A DNA stretch of 64,000 nucleotides from Terriglobia bacterium (lineage in GTDB: Bacteria > Acidobacteriota > Terriglobia > Acidiferrales > UBA7541). Location of the stretch: assembly GCA_963695545.1 (NCBI GenBank), contig OY968796.1, positions 1,728,001 through 1,792,000 on the forward strand, read 5' to 3'. The notes beneath the pieces are model-generated. The model did no database searches, was not told the DNA's origin, and saw only the letters and a list, made by a program, of their open reading frames with translations. Of this stretch, positions 1-9,248 are shown piece by piece (position 1 is the stretch's first letter; each line of letters opens with the position of its first letter). A program made the translations under genes and the position numbers.

Positions 1-118
1 CCCCCAATCGCGGGCATCTTCTCGGGCAACGCGGAATACTTGCGGAGCGCAGCGGCTCCGTTGTCAGCCCCATGGGGGAATGCTAGGCTAACCAACTGCT
101 TTGCGCGGCGCACATGCC

Positions 119-2488
119 ATGAGCGGCACCACGAAATTTTTCAAGCACGCGGCGGCGTTGGCTCTGCTCGTTTTCTGCGCCGCGGTCGCGCGCGCTGAGG
201 CGTCGCAGGTCCGCGTGGTCACCGGCGACCAGGTCGTGCAGCTCCAGGCCGACCAGCAGCGCCGATCCGGCAATGTTTTCATCGCCGATGGTCACGTGGA
301 GATCGATTACGGCGACGTGGTTCTGCACGCCGATCACGCCGAGTACAACTCCGACACCTACGTGGTCACCGCCACTGGCCACGTGGTCCTCGACCAGGAA
401 ACTCAACACGTCGAATCCGATCGCGGCACCTACAACCTGAAAACCGCCGTCGGCCATTTTGAAAACGTCCACGGCTCGGTGCACATTGAGCGCCGCCCGA
501 GTAACAACATTCTGATCACGCCGAATCCGCTGGTGTTTCAAGCCGACACTGTCGATCGCCTTGACGAGCGCACCTACGTGCTCCACCGCGCCTGGATCAC
601 CGTGTGCGCGCCCGATCGCCCGGTCTGGAAATTTTTTGCCGCGCAAGCCACGCTTCACGTGGATGATAAAGTCGTCCTGGTCAACGCCAATTTCCGATTG
701 TTTCGCGTGCCGCTGATTTATTTGCCCTACGCCACCGCGCCCGCCGGAGTGAAAAATCGCCAGTCCGGTTTCCTGATTCCCACCGTCGGCAACAGTTCCA
801 TCAAAGGCTTCGAGTTCGGCGACGCCTATTACTGGGCGCCCAACGATTGGTCGGATCTCACCGCCGCCGCCGAACTTCTCAGCCTGCGCGGCTGGCAGCA
901 GAACGTCGAATTCCGCGCGCGCCCCGCCGGCGACGTTTCGCTCACCGCCACGTATTTCGGCGTCGTCGATCGCGAAGGCCAGGGCGGCCACAAACTCAGC
1001 ATCTCCTTTAACGCGCAGCTCGCGCACGGCTGGCACGTGGTCACCGATATCAACACCCTGAGTTCGCTCACGTTTCAACTCGTTTTCGCGCCCACCTTCG
1101 GCGAGGCCGTCGTTTCCGAAGTCCCCACCAGCGTCTTCGTCACCAATAATTCCGGCGGCTTCAGCTTCAACGTCGCCGCCAACGACTACAAGGATTTTCT
1201 CAGCGTGCCCAGCACCAACTATCCTCTTGAGCCGCAGACCTCCATCGATCTGCGCAGCGCGCCCGAAGCCCGCTTTTCCTCGGTCGATCGCGCGCCCTGG
1301 CGGAACTGGCCGATTTATTTCGGCTTTGACGCTTTCGGCGGCGCGGCCGGCCGCAGCGATTCCTGCACGCCCACTTCGACGGGCCCCGGGGGCTGCGTAA
1401 CCTTCCCGAATTTTTCGTCGCCGGCCATGGTCCAGCGCGATATGTTCTCTCCGCGCGTCACCGTGCCGCTGCGCTGGGGTCCGTGGCTCGGCCTCACCAC
1501 CAGCTACGCCGTGCGCCTGATGCGCTACGGCTCCCAGCAGACGGACGACGTTCTCCTCGGCCGCTCACTCCTCGAGACCACCGGCGAACTCGCCGTGAAT
1601 CTCCGTCCGCCCTCGTTCGAGCGCGTTTTCTCCACCGGCAACACCAAATGGAAGCACACCATTGAGCCCGACGTCACCTATCGCTATGTCAATGGCGTCG
1701 ACGATTTCCAGAACATCATCCGCTTCGATGAAGAAGACACCATCACGGACACAAGCGAAGTGGATTATTCCCTCACGCAGCGGCTCTATCGCAAAGTTGG
1801 CAACGCCCAAGCCGAAGATTTCATCACCTGGCGCCTCGAGGAAAAATATTATTTCGATCCCACTTTCGGCGGAGCGCTGGTTCCCGGCGCGCGCAATGTT
1901 TTTGCCGCGCTCGATTCGGTCACGCCGTTTGCCTTCGCCGATACGCCGCGCCGCTATTCCCCCGTCGTCAGTGATATCGTGGTCTCTCCCGGCGGCCCCT
2001 TCGACGCCGAGCTGCGCACCGATTACGATCCGCAGCAGGGCCGCTTCACCACCACCGGCCTCACCGTGAAGGCTCACCCCTACAAGCTGCTCACCGCCAC
2101 GCTCGCCGAATTCGCCATCCACAACGATCCCATCGCCTGCCTCGAAGACAACACGTCGTCCGGAGGTTCCGGCGATCCCGCGGAAACCTCCACGACGTGC
2201 TCTTTTCTCCAGCCTGCGGAAAATCAGTTGCGCATGCTCGTCGGCTATGGCGATTTAAATCGCCGCGGTTGGAACGCCTCCGTCGGCTATAGCTACGATT
2301 TCCGTTTGAATGAAGTGCAGGACGAGCTCGTGCAGCTCAGCTACAACGGTTCCTGCTGCGGCCTCTCCGTCGAGTACGCCCGCCTCGCTCTCGGCTCCCT
2401 GCGCACTGAAAATCAGTTCCGCGTGGCCCTGGTAATCGCCAACATCGGCACCTTCGGCAACCTCCGCCGCCAGGACAAAATCTACTAG
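119..2488 (+). CDS. lptD: LPS-assembly protein LptD (OstA N-domain plus beta-barrel)
   Basis: Signal peptide, OstA-like N-terminus, RQSGFLIP and YYWAP motifs, C-terminal YNGSCC..EY strand; about 790 aa; ATG at 119. Confidence 0.9.
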   Translation: MSGTTKFFKHAAALALLVFCAAVARAEASQVRVVTGDQVVQLQADQQRRSGNVFIADGHVEIDYGDVVLHADHAEYNSDTYVVTATGHVVLDQETQHVESDRGTYNLKTAVGHFENVHGSVHIERRPSNNILITPNPLVFQADTVDRLDERTYVLHRAWITVCAPDRPVWKFFAAQATLHVDDKVVLVNANFRLFRVPLIYLPYATAPAGVKNRQSGFLIPTVGNSSIKGFEFGDAYYWAPNDWSDLTAAAELLSLRGWQQNVEFRARPAGDVSLTATYFGVVDREGQGGHKLSISFNAQLAHGWHVVTDINTLSSLTFQLVFAPTFGEAVVSEVPTSVFVTNNSGGFSFNVAANDYKDFLSVPSTNYPLEPQTSIDLRSAPEARFSSVDRAPWRNWPIYFGFDAFGGAAGRSDSCTPTSTGPGGCVTFPNFSSPAMVQRDMFSPRVTVPLRWGPWLGLTTSYAVRLMRYGSQQTDDVLLGRSLLETTGELAVNLRPPSFERVFSTGNTKWKHTIEPDVTYRYVNGVDDFQNIIRFDEEDTITDTSEVDYSLTQRLYRKVGNAQAEDFITWRLEEKYYFDPTFGGALVPGARNVFAALDSVTPFAFADTPRRYSPVVSDIVVSPGGPFDAELRTDYDPQQGRFTTTGLTVKAHPYKLLTATLAEFAIHNDPIACLEDNTSSGGSGDPAETSTTCSFLQPAENQLRMLVGYGDLNRRGWNASVGYSYDFRLNEVQDELVQLSYNGSCCGLSVEYARLALGSLRTENQFRVALVIANIGTFGNLRRQDKIY

Positions 2489-2552
2489 CCCCGCGCGTTG
2501 GTCGATGCCTTTGGAGGGGCGGATATTGTCTCCGCCTTGGCCGTGCGAATTT

Positions 2553-2578
2553 GTAGCGGAGGCCTTCAGGCCTCCATC
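2553..2578 (+). repeat. GTAG-type REP-like palindrome, copy 1
   Basis: GTAGCGGAGGCCTTCAGGCCTCCATC (stem GGAGGCCT/AGGCCTCC); identical 26-mer at 45158-45183. Confidence 0.8.
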
Positions 2579-2621
2579 TTTGCGCTCTCGGATCGCAATC
2601 GCCGCTAACGCCCCCTCATTT

Positions 2622-2651
2622 CTCGCGACACGCCACTCGTCTCTCGCCACT
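2622..2651. repeat. Heptamer short tandem repeat
   Basis: CTCGCGA CACGCCA CTCGTCT CTCGCCA CT. Confidence 0.6.
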
Positions 2652-2662
2652 TTCCTAATGCC

Positions 2663-2746
2663 GTCATTCTGAGCGAAGTCCCGACGCCCGGCCTTTCTGT
2701 CCGCGCCGCGCGGACAGGTCGGGACGCAGTCGAAGAATCCCTCTTC
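2663..2746. repeat. Nested palindromic REP-like element
   Basis: GTCATTCTGAGCGAA...GTCGAAGAATCC frame; GTCCCGAC/GTCGGGAC stem enclosing CTGTCCGCG/CGCGGACAG stem. Confidence 0.65.
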
Positions 2747-2832
2747 GTCTTCGCACCCCGCCGCAATCCCCGTTAACCCTCCGCCCGCCTTGACCGTGCG
2801 AATTCGTGGCGCAGGTCTTTTGTGGAAACTGT

Positions 2833-3236
2833 TTCGAATACTTATTTATTACTTGACACTATAATTTAATTCTGCTATCCTTCCGCATGTTCGCCCGCAA
2901 TCCATTCGAATGGTTGCCCTCCCTGACTTTTCCCGGCCTCGCCCCAGCATTTGCGCGCATCCGTTTGCACCCGAAACCGCTTTCCTCGCCCCGACAAATC
3001 CTTGATTTTCAAAAACATCCGCACTCTTATGTCAAAAAGCGCCCCTCTAAAGCACCTATTTTCAGTCAATTGCAAAAGAGTGCGCATCTCATTGAAACTA
3101 TTAATTATCAAGTGCCCTGTTTTCACATTCATCCGCACTCTTTCCCTGCAAACCCTTTGATTACATCATTTTACACTTTTGGTACCGGGGGTGGATGGAG
3201 GGGTAACTCGAAGGTTAACGGCCAGACCGCCCTCCA
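2833..3236 (+). other. AT-rich promoter-bearing repeat element, copy A
   Basis: TTGACA(2853)-17 bp-TATCCT(2876) with TGn extension, ATG at 2887, CATCCGCACTCTT twice, G-rich end; similar architecture to 44884-45117. Confidence 0.6.
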
Positions 3237-3427
3237 GCGACCATCGCGAGCCCAATTAAGGCCGATGTCGCCAGGATGCGGGCGGCACATATCGCACGTC
3301 CGCGGCGCGACGCAACTTTCGCGCCGCCTGTGCGCGCCCGCCCTCTTGTGCGAGAATGACTTGTTTTGGCGCGCTGGCTGTGGCGAGTGGTTCGCCGCGG
3401 AGAATTTTCGGGGAGCACGTTCTCACC

Positions 3428-4333
3428 ATGCGAGTCTCGATTTTTGCGGCGCTGATCGCGGGACTGATTTCGTTCCTCTCGCCCTGCGTCCTGCCGCTTG
3501 TGCCGGGGTACATCTCGATGCTCTCGGGCATCGGCGTCGAGCAATTGCAACGCGGCGAAAAACCGCGCGGCAGTTTGCTCGCGTCGGCTGTGGCCTTCGT
3601 CGCCGGGTTTTCGCTGGTGTTCATCGGCTTCGGAGCCTCGGCCAGCGCGGTGGGCCAATTTCTGGTGCGCAACAAAGACGTTCTGGGTCCGGTGGCCGGC
3701 GTGCTGATTCTGATGTTCGGTCTGCACCTGATCGGCTGGTTGGGCAAGATCGATATCGGCGCGGGCCTGGCCATCGGCGGCACGCTTCTGGTGTGCGGCG
3801 CATTCCTGTACGGCCGGCACGGCACGGCAACGATTGGTCCCGGCGGCGTGATCGGCGGAATTCCGTTCGCCGCGCTCTCCATCATCTTTCTACTCGGTCC
3901 GCGGCTCGCCATTTGGCTCAATCGCGATGTGCATTTCCGCCAGCTTGGTTCGAGCGGCGAGCAATCCTCTTCAGCCGGACCGTTCGCCGGAGTCGCGAGC
4001 GGATTCCTGCTGGGCTTTGCCTTCGCGTTCGGCTGGACGCCGTGCATCGGTCCGATTTTGGCGAGCGTTCTGGCGATGGCCGCCGCCAGCCAAACGGTTG
4101 GCCGCGGAATTTTCCTTCTGGCCGTTTATTCCGCGGGCCTCGCGATTCCGTTTCTGGTTACGGCGCTGGCGCTCAACAGTTTTCTGCGTTTCTACCAGCG
4201 CTTTCGCCGCTATCTGCACGCCGTCGAAGTCTCGAGCGGCGCGCTGCTGCTCCTCGTGGGCGGCCTGATTTTCTTCGATCGCTTGACCTGGCTATCGGGT
4301 AAACTGAGCTTTCTGAATCGATTTGTGCGCTAA
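3428..4333 (+). CDS. ccdA: Cytochrome c biogenesis protein CcdA (DsbD transmembrane domain)
   Basis: [12 protein letters not shown] and [11 protein letters not shown]ys motifs, multiple TM helices. Confidence 0.9.
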   Translation: MRVSIFAALIAGLISFLSPCVLPLVPGYISMLSGIGVEQLQRGEKPRGSLLASAVAFVAGFSLVFIGFGASASAVGQFLVRNKDVLGPVAGVLILMFGLHLIGWLGKIDIGAGLAIGGTLLVCGAFLYGRHGTATIGPGGVIGGIPFAALSIIFLLGPRLAIWLNRDVHFRQLGSSGEQSSSAGPFAGVASGFLLGFAFAFGWTPCIGPILASVLAMAAASQTVGRGIFLLAVYSAGLAIPFLVTALALNSFLRFYQRFRRYLHAVEVSSGALLLLVGGLIFFDRLTWLSGKLSFLNRFVR

Positions 4334-4346
4334 GGACGCGCCCGCT

Positions 4347-4928
4347 ATGCGAAAAACAATCGTGGTACTCGTGATCGTCGTCGCGCTCGTCACCCTGACA
4401 GCCTGGGCGAACCGCAAATGGCCCGCGGACGACGCGCAGGCGGCCCAGCAGCAAATCGCGCCCGCCGATTCCGCGCCGATCGGTTCCGATGACGCCGCGC
4501 TGCAAACCTTGCAGCTCGTCGACGTCAATGGAAAGCCGGTGACGCTCTCCGATTATCGCGGCAAGGTGGTTCTGGTCGATTTCTGGGCCACCTGGTGCGA
4601 GCCATGCAAAATCGAAACTCCCTGGCTGATCGACTTCCAGCAGAAATACGGTTCGCGCGGCTTCGTGATACTCGGCGTGGCTATGGATGAAGAAGGCGCG
4701 AAAATTGTCGCGCCCTATGTCGCCAGCACGCAGTTCGACGTCAACGGCCAGAAAGAAACCATGAATTACCGCATCCTGCTCGGCACCGACGATATCGCCG
4801 ATAAATTCGGCGGCGTCGAAGGCTACCCGACCGGCATGCTGTTTACGCGTGACGGCCGGAAAGTCAAAACGCTGATCGGTCTCGAAGATTACGACGAGAT
4901 GGATAAGGACATTCAGAGCCTGCTGTAG
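4347..4928 (+). CDS. TlpA/ResA-family disulfide reductase
   Basis: N-terminal anchor, DFWATWCEPC, GYPT cis-Pro; directly downstream of ccdA. Confidence 0.9.
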   Translation: MRKTIVVLVIVVALVTLTAWANRKWPADDAQAAQQQIAPADSAPIGSDDAALQTLQLVDVNGKPVTLSDYRGKVVLVDFWATWCEPCKIETPWLIDFQQKYGSRGFVILGVAMDEEGAKIVAPYVASTQFDVNGQKETMNYRILLGTDDIADKFGGVEGYPTGMLFTRDGRKVKTLIGLEDYDEMDKDIQSLL

Positions 4929-5023
4929 TTGGGACTTGCTGTAGTTTGTTCGGGTCTGGCGCGCGCTCGGCAGATTGATTTGGGTCGGCCTGACGATCGT
5001 CGAATTTGTTTCGCCATGCAGCG

Positions 5024-6148
5024 CTAAAGAATTTCGGCCGCGAGCGACGCCACGCGCTCCGCAATCGCCAGCGCGGACGTGAGGCCCGGCGATTCGATGC
5101 CGATCAGTTGAATCATGCGCGGCACTTCCTGGTCCGGCGCGATCACGAAGTCGGCCATGCCGGGATCGCCCGGCGGCAAAAGCTTGGCGCGAATTCCCGA
5201 GTGCGCCAGGCGCAGATCGTTCACCGTGATTTCCGGCAGCAACGGTTTCGCGGCGCGGGCGAATTCTTCCACGGGATGCCGATTGCGCTCGTAATCGTTT
5301 TTGTCGTCGATGTAATCCGCCGTCGGCCCGACCCACAGCGCGCCCGAGGTCGTCTTGGTGAGATGCATGCCGAGCGTGACGCCGGCCTGATGCGGCACCG
5401 GATACACCAGCGCGCGCACCAGATCGGCTTTTTCGCGCACCACTTCGCAGTATTCGCCGCGCACCGGATAAATTCGGTAGCGGTGATTGCCGATGAGCGC
5501 GGCGACTTCGTCGGCGAACAATCCGGCGCAGTTGATGACGCAAAGCGCTTCGACGGTTTCTTCCGTGAGGTCGGGCGCTTCGCCGATCGCGATGTGCGCG
5601 CGAATCGCATCGGAGCCGGGCTCAAGCGCGGTGACCCGCGCGCGGGTCAGCAGGCTCGCGCCCCGCTCGGTGGCCTGGCGCGCGTACGCTTTGAGCAATT
5701 CTTCCGCGTTGAGGATGCCGGTCGAAGGCACTTCCAGCGCCGCGACGGCTTCGATGTTCGGTTCGATCGCGCGAATTCGCGCGCGATCGATCAGGCGCAG
5801 CCCTTCGACGCCGTTCGTGCGGCCGGTTTCGCCGAGCGCTTCAAGCGCCGGCATTTCGTGTTCACTCGAGGCCACCACGAGTTTGCCGCAGGCAACATGC
5901 GGCACGCCGTGCGCCACGCAAAATTCGTGCGAGAGGCGATTGCCGCGAACGCAAAGGCTGGCCTTGAGCGAGCCCGGCGTGTAGTAAATGCCGGAATGGA
6001 TCACGCCGCTGTTTCGCGTGCTCGCTCCGGCGCCGAGTCGCGGCGCGCTTTCGACAAGGAACACGTCGCTCCACCGAGCCGCGAGTTCTCGCGCCACGGC
6101 GCAGCCCACCACGCCGCCCCCGATGACGAGTGCGTTGACTTGATCCAT
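5024..6148 (-). CDS. FAD-dependent oxidoreductase, L-2-hydroxyglutarate oxidase (LhgO)-like
   Basis: GGGVVG, STRNSGVIHSGIYY, GIESPGLTS motifs. Confidence 0.85.
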   Translation of the reverse strand: MDQVNALVIGGGVVGCAVARELAARWSDVFLVESAPRLGAGASTRNSGVIHSGIYYTPGSLKASLCVRGNRLSHEFCVAHGVPHVACGKLVVASSEHEMPALEALGETGRTNGVEGLRLIDRARIRAIEPNIEAVAALEVPSTGILNAEELLKAYARQATERGASLLTRARVTALEPGSDAIRAHIAIGEAPDLTEETVEALCVINCAGLFADEVAALIGNHRYRIYPVRGEYCEVVREKADLVRALVYPVPHQAGVTLGMHLTKTTSGALWVGPTADYIDDKNDYERNRHPVEEFARAAKPLLPEITVNDLRLAHSGIRAKLLPPGDPGMADFVIAPDQEVPRMIQLIGIESPGLTSALAIAERVASLAAEIL

Positions 6149-6162
6149 GAAAAGTTCCGCGC

Positions 6163-6876
6163 TCAGCCCGGACCGAGCGGCAGAAAATATTGCGTGCCCT
6201 TGACTGGCTCCTGCAAGCGGCGCAGAAGCTGCTGCAAATCCTCGTTGCGATCAACGAAATCGATCTCGGAGGTATTCACGACGAGCAAATCGGAAGCGGA
6301 ATAGCGGAAGAAGAAATGCTCGTACGCGCGCACCACTTCTTCGATGTAGGAGCGCGAGATGCGTCCCTCCGACGGGGCGCGCTTTCGCGCGATGCGTTTC
6401 TGCAGGACTTCGGGCGTGGCCTGGAGATAAATCACCAGATCCGGCGCGCGCAATCCGGCGGTCACCATTGAGTAGTAGCGTTCGTAGAGTTGCAGATCGA
6501 CGTTGTCGAGATTGATGTAAGCGAAAATTTTGTCCTTCTCGAGCAGATAGTCCGCGACTACGGGGCCCGCGGGCGCATCGACCAGCGCGTCGCGCAGGCG
6601 CCGCTGCCGCTCCATCAAGAAATACATTTGCGCGCTAAACGCAGCGCCACCTTTTTCGCGGTAGAAATCGGCGAGGAAGGGATTGTCTTCGCAATCGAGA
6701 ATGCGCCGCGCGTGCATGCGATCGGCCAGAATCTGCGCCAGCGTAGACTTGCCCACGCGCAGCGGTCCTTCCACCGCGATGAAACGCGGCGCTTCAAACG
6801 CAGGCGGCTTCGCGGGCGTGGGCAGCTTTGGAAATCTCTGCAGTTTCGGCGGCGCGGGCTTCCGGGGACGCGGCAT
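6163..6876 (-). CDS. Deoxynucleoside kinase
   Basis: IAVEGPLRVGKST P-loop, PDLVIYLQA, QMYFL. Confidence 0.85.
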   Translation of the reverse strand: MPRPRKPAPPKLQRFPKLPTPAKPPAFEAPRFIAVEGPLRVGKSTLAQILADRMHARRILDCEDNPFLADFYREKGGAAFSAQMYFLMERQRRLRDALVDAPAGPVVADYLLEKDKIFAYINLDNVDLQLYERYYSMVTAGLRAPDLVIYLQATPEVLQKRIARKRAPSEGRISRSYIEEVVRAYEHFFFRYSASDLLVVNTSEIDFVDRNEDLQQLLRRLQEPVKGTQYFLPLGPG

Positions 6877-6965
6877 GTCCGGCGATTATAGCCCGAACGC
6901 CGCTCGCGCCGAATATCGACAAATCGAGCGGAGCAAATCGAGACGAGACGGACCGCTCCGCGCGA

Positions 6966-8633
6966 TCAACTCCCCGAGGCGCACCATTTTTTCCACGCCT
7001 CGCGATAGAACGTCTCGACGTTGCGCGCGAATCGCTGGGCGTCCATCAGAGGCGAAGCGCGCATGCGATCGCGCAGCGTGCGCCGATAGTTCTTCAAGCG
7101 CTCGTAATCGCCGGCCAACTCGGTGGCAATTGCGATGAACTGCTCCGGCGTCTTCGCGATCAGCTCGGGCACGCCGATTGTCGAAAGCAGACCGAGGCCG
7201 GCTCTACCCGCCGGAGTTTTGCCGACGAGGGTGACTACGGGAACGCCCATCCAAATCGCATCGCACGTTGTGGTGATGCCGTTATAGGGCAAAGGATCGA
7301 GGCAAATGTCGATGCGATCGTAGAGGCGCAAATAGTCGCGACGGGAGCAGCGCTCGAGAAATTCCAGGCGCGACGGATCGATCGCCCATTCTCCAAACCA
7401 ATTTGCGATTTGCTCGCGCTGTGCGGCGTCGAAGGTTTGCAGAATCAATCGGGAGCCGGGCGTGGCTCGCAGAACTTCGCCCCATAAATGCAAGAGCGGG
7501 CGATTCAGTTTGCAGGGATTGTTGAGCGAGCCGAAATGAATCGGCCCGCTCTGTTCAATGGGGCGCGGCGGAATTTCCGCGAGCGGATCGTAGGCGACCC
7601 AGCAATCGGGAAGTCGAATGGATTTCTCGGCGTAGTGGCGATCGGTTTCGCCGAGCGGGTCCATCCACGCGTCGGTGAAACGATAATCGATCGCGTGAAG
7701 GCCCGTGCCGCCGGGATACGCGAGCCATGTGACTTGAATTGGAGCTGGCTTGCGCGCGAATGTCAGCAAGCGATTGTCGGCCATGTGCATCGTGACGTCG
7801 ATCAGGATGTCGATGCCGTCGGCGCGGATATTCTCCGCCAGTTGTTCATCCGAGAGCGCGAGCACATCGTGCCAAACGTCGGCGGCGTTGCGAAATTCCG
7901 TGGTGATGGCATCGGGCCGGCGCACGGATGAATAGCAATGGATCTCGAATCGCTCGCGGTCGTGATTGCGCAGCAGGGGCAGCACGAAATAGCTTTCGGC
8001 GTGCGCGCGAAAGTCAGGCGAGACGTAACCGACGCGCAGTTTGCGGTCCGGCGAGCGCTCGTTCGCGTGGGCCTCGATAAATTCGGCTAGCGGCTCTGCG
8101 TGCACTTCGTTCCATTTGCGCAACGCGGCTGAGAGCGCGCCGGAATCGTAGTCTGGATGAAAATGCATCGCGTAAACGAGATTGCTACCGATCAGCGCGT
8201 GATCGGGTTTGCATTCGACGGCCTTCGCATAACACGCAATCGCTTCGGTAAGCTTGCCGCGATCTTTGAACAGATTCCCGAGATTGCTGTGAGCTTTGGC
8301 GAACGTGGGGCGCAGCGCGAGCGCCTTCGTGTACGCTGCGATGGCATCGTCGTGGCGACCGATTTCGCACAACACGTTGCCGAGATTATTGAAGGCTTCG
8401 GGATAATCGGCGCGCAGGTCGATGGCGCGGCGATATGCGGCGATGGCTTCGGTGGCGTATCCGGGGCCGCGGGCGTGGTACAAAGCGGTGCCGAGAGAGT
8501 TGTAAGCTTCGGGGAAAACTTCCTGCAACGCGATGGCCGTGCGAAACGCGGCGATCGCGTCGTTCGAGCGTCCGGCACGCAGGTGCTCGAGGCCCAATTC
8601 AAGCGCTTGCTGTGCGGAAGTTGTTGCGGTCAC
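6966..8633 (-). CDS. TPR-containing GT41 O-GlcNAc/O-fucose transferase (SPINDLY-like)
   Basis: TPR repeats (AFNNLGN, AHSNLGN), LRVGYVSPDF, PAPIQVTWLAYP, LDPLPYNGITTTCDAIWMGVPV; start uncertain (8633 or 8696). Confidence 0.85.
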   Translation of the reverse strand: MTATTSAQQALELGLEHLRAGRSNDAIAAFRTAIALQEVFPEAYNSLGTALYHARGPGYATEAIAAYRRAIDLRADYPEAFNNLGNVLCEIGRHDDAIAAYTKALALRPTFAKAHSNLGNLFKDRGKLTEAIACYAKAVECKPDHALIGSNLVYAMHFHPDYDSGALSAALRKWNEVHAEPLAEFIEAHANERSPDRKLRVGYVSPDFRAHAESYFVLPLLRNHDRERFEIHCYSSVRRPDAITTEFRNAADVWHDVLALSDEQLAENIRADGIDILIDVTMHMADNRLLTFARKPAPIQVTWLAYPGGTGLHAIDYRFTDAWMDPLGETDRHYAEKSIRLPDCWVAYDPLAEIPPRPIEQSGPIHFGSLNNPCKLNRPLLHLWGEVLRATPGSRLILQTFDAAQREQIANWFGEWAIDPSRLEFLERCSRRDYLRLYDRIDICLDPLPYNGITTTCDAIWMGVPVVTLVGKTPAGRAGLGLLSTIGVPELIAKTPEQFIAIATELAGDYERLKNYRRTLRDRMRASPLMDAQRFARNVETFYREAWKKWCASGS

Positions 8634-8880
8634 CGATCGGATTCCTGCACGAAGCGCGCGGCTTCGCGAAATTGTTGCGGCGGACGGGAGTCGCACGAAC
8701 TCTCCGCTGCCTTAATTTCCCGGCAGCGGGAGAAGAGAGGAAGTATGTCAAGTTGCTTCACGCCCTCCGCGAGATAAATGCTCACCGGGGTATTTTGGCA
8801 GAGAAATCCTCATGTTTGCGATGAATCGGGACACGGAACGACCGGGAAGGCCAAATGCGTGTTGCGAGTGCTTCGAGTTG

Positions 8881-9015
8881 CTACGGTTTATGGCGCTTGA
8901 AGAATTCGACTTGGCGAAGGCGCTTTTTTGCTTCTTCGCGCGTCTTGTATGGACCGCCGAGATTTTTTCCTTTGCTCGACAACACCTGGTAACCTTTCTT
9001 AACTTTTTTGATCAT
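8881..9015 (-). CDS. Small basic hypothetical protein (44 aa), absent from the ORF track
   Basis: MIKKVKKGYQVLSSKGKNLGGPYKTREEAKKRLRQVEFFKRHKP; GGGGAG RBS upstream of ATG. Confidence 0.75.
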   Translation of the reverse strand: MIKKVKKGYQVLSSKGKNLGGPYKTREEAKKRLRQVEFFKRHKP

Positions 9016-9248
9016 GATCGACTTTCTCCCCGGATTTCGATAGCCTCACCAACCGTGTGGCGGTTAAATATTCCGACGGCGCGCGCTTGCTGTTCCCAGG
9101 CTGACATATGAGGTCCTCAATCGCCTGGAAAGTATCACAACGGAAATTCATTCTCTACGCCGCAAAAGTCGATTCCCATCGTCGTCAAAATAGCATCTCA
9201 TGCGCTAGGATGTGCGATCCGATTTAGGGGTCGCTCTCCGAGGATTCT

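Noticed and set aside
1..73. Minus-strand ATG at 73 reading off the window edge
   Set aside because: Only 24 codons visible; cannot support a gene call.
2887..4302. 471-aa ORF overlapping ccdA
   Set aside because: Its 3' two thirds are an off-frame shadow of ccdA; only the leaderless 5' part is discussed as part of the element.
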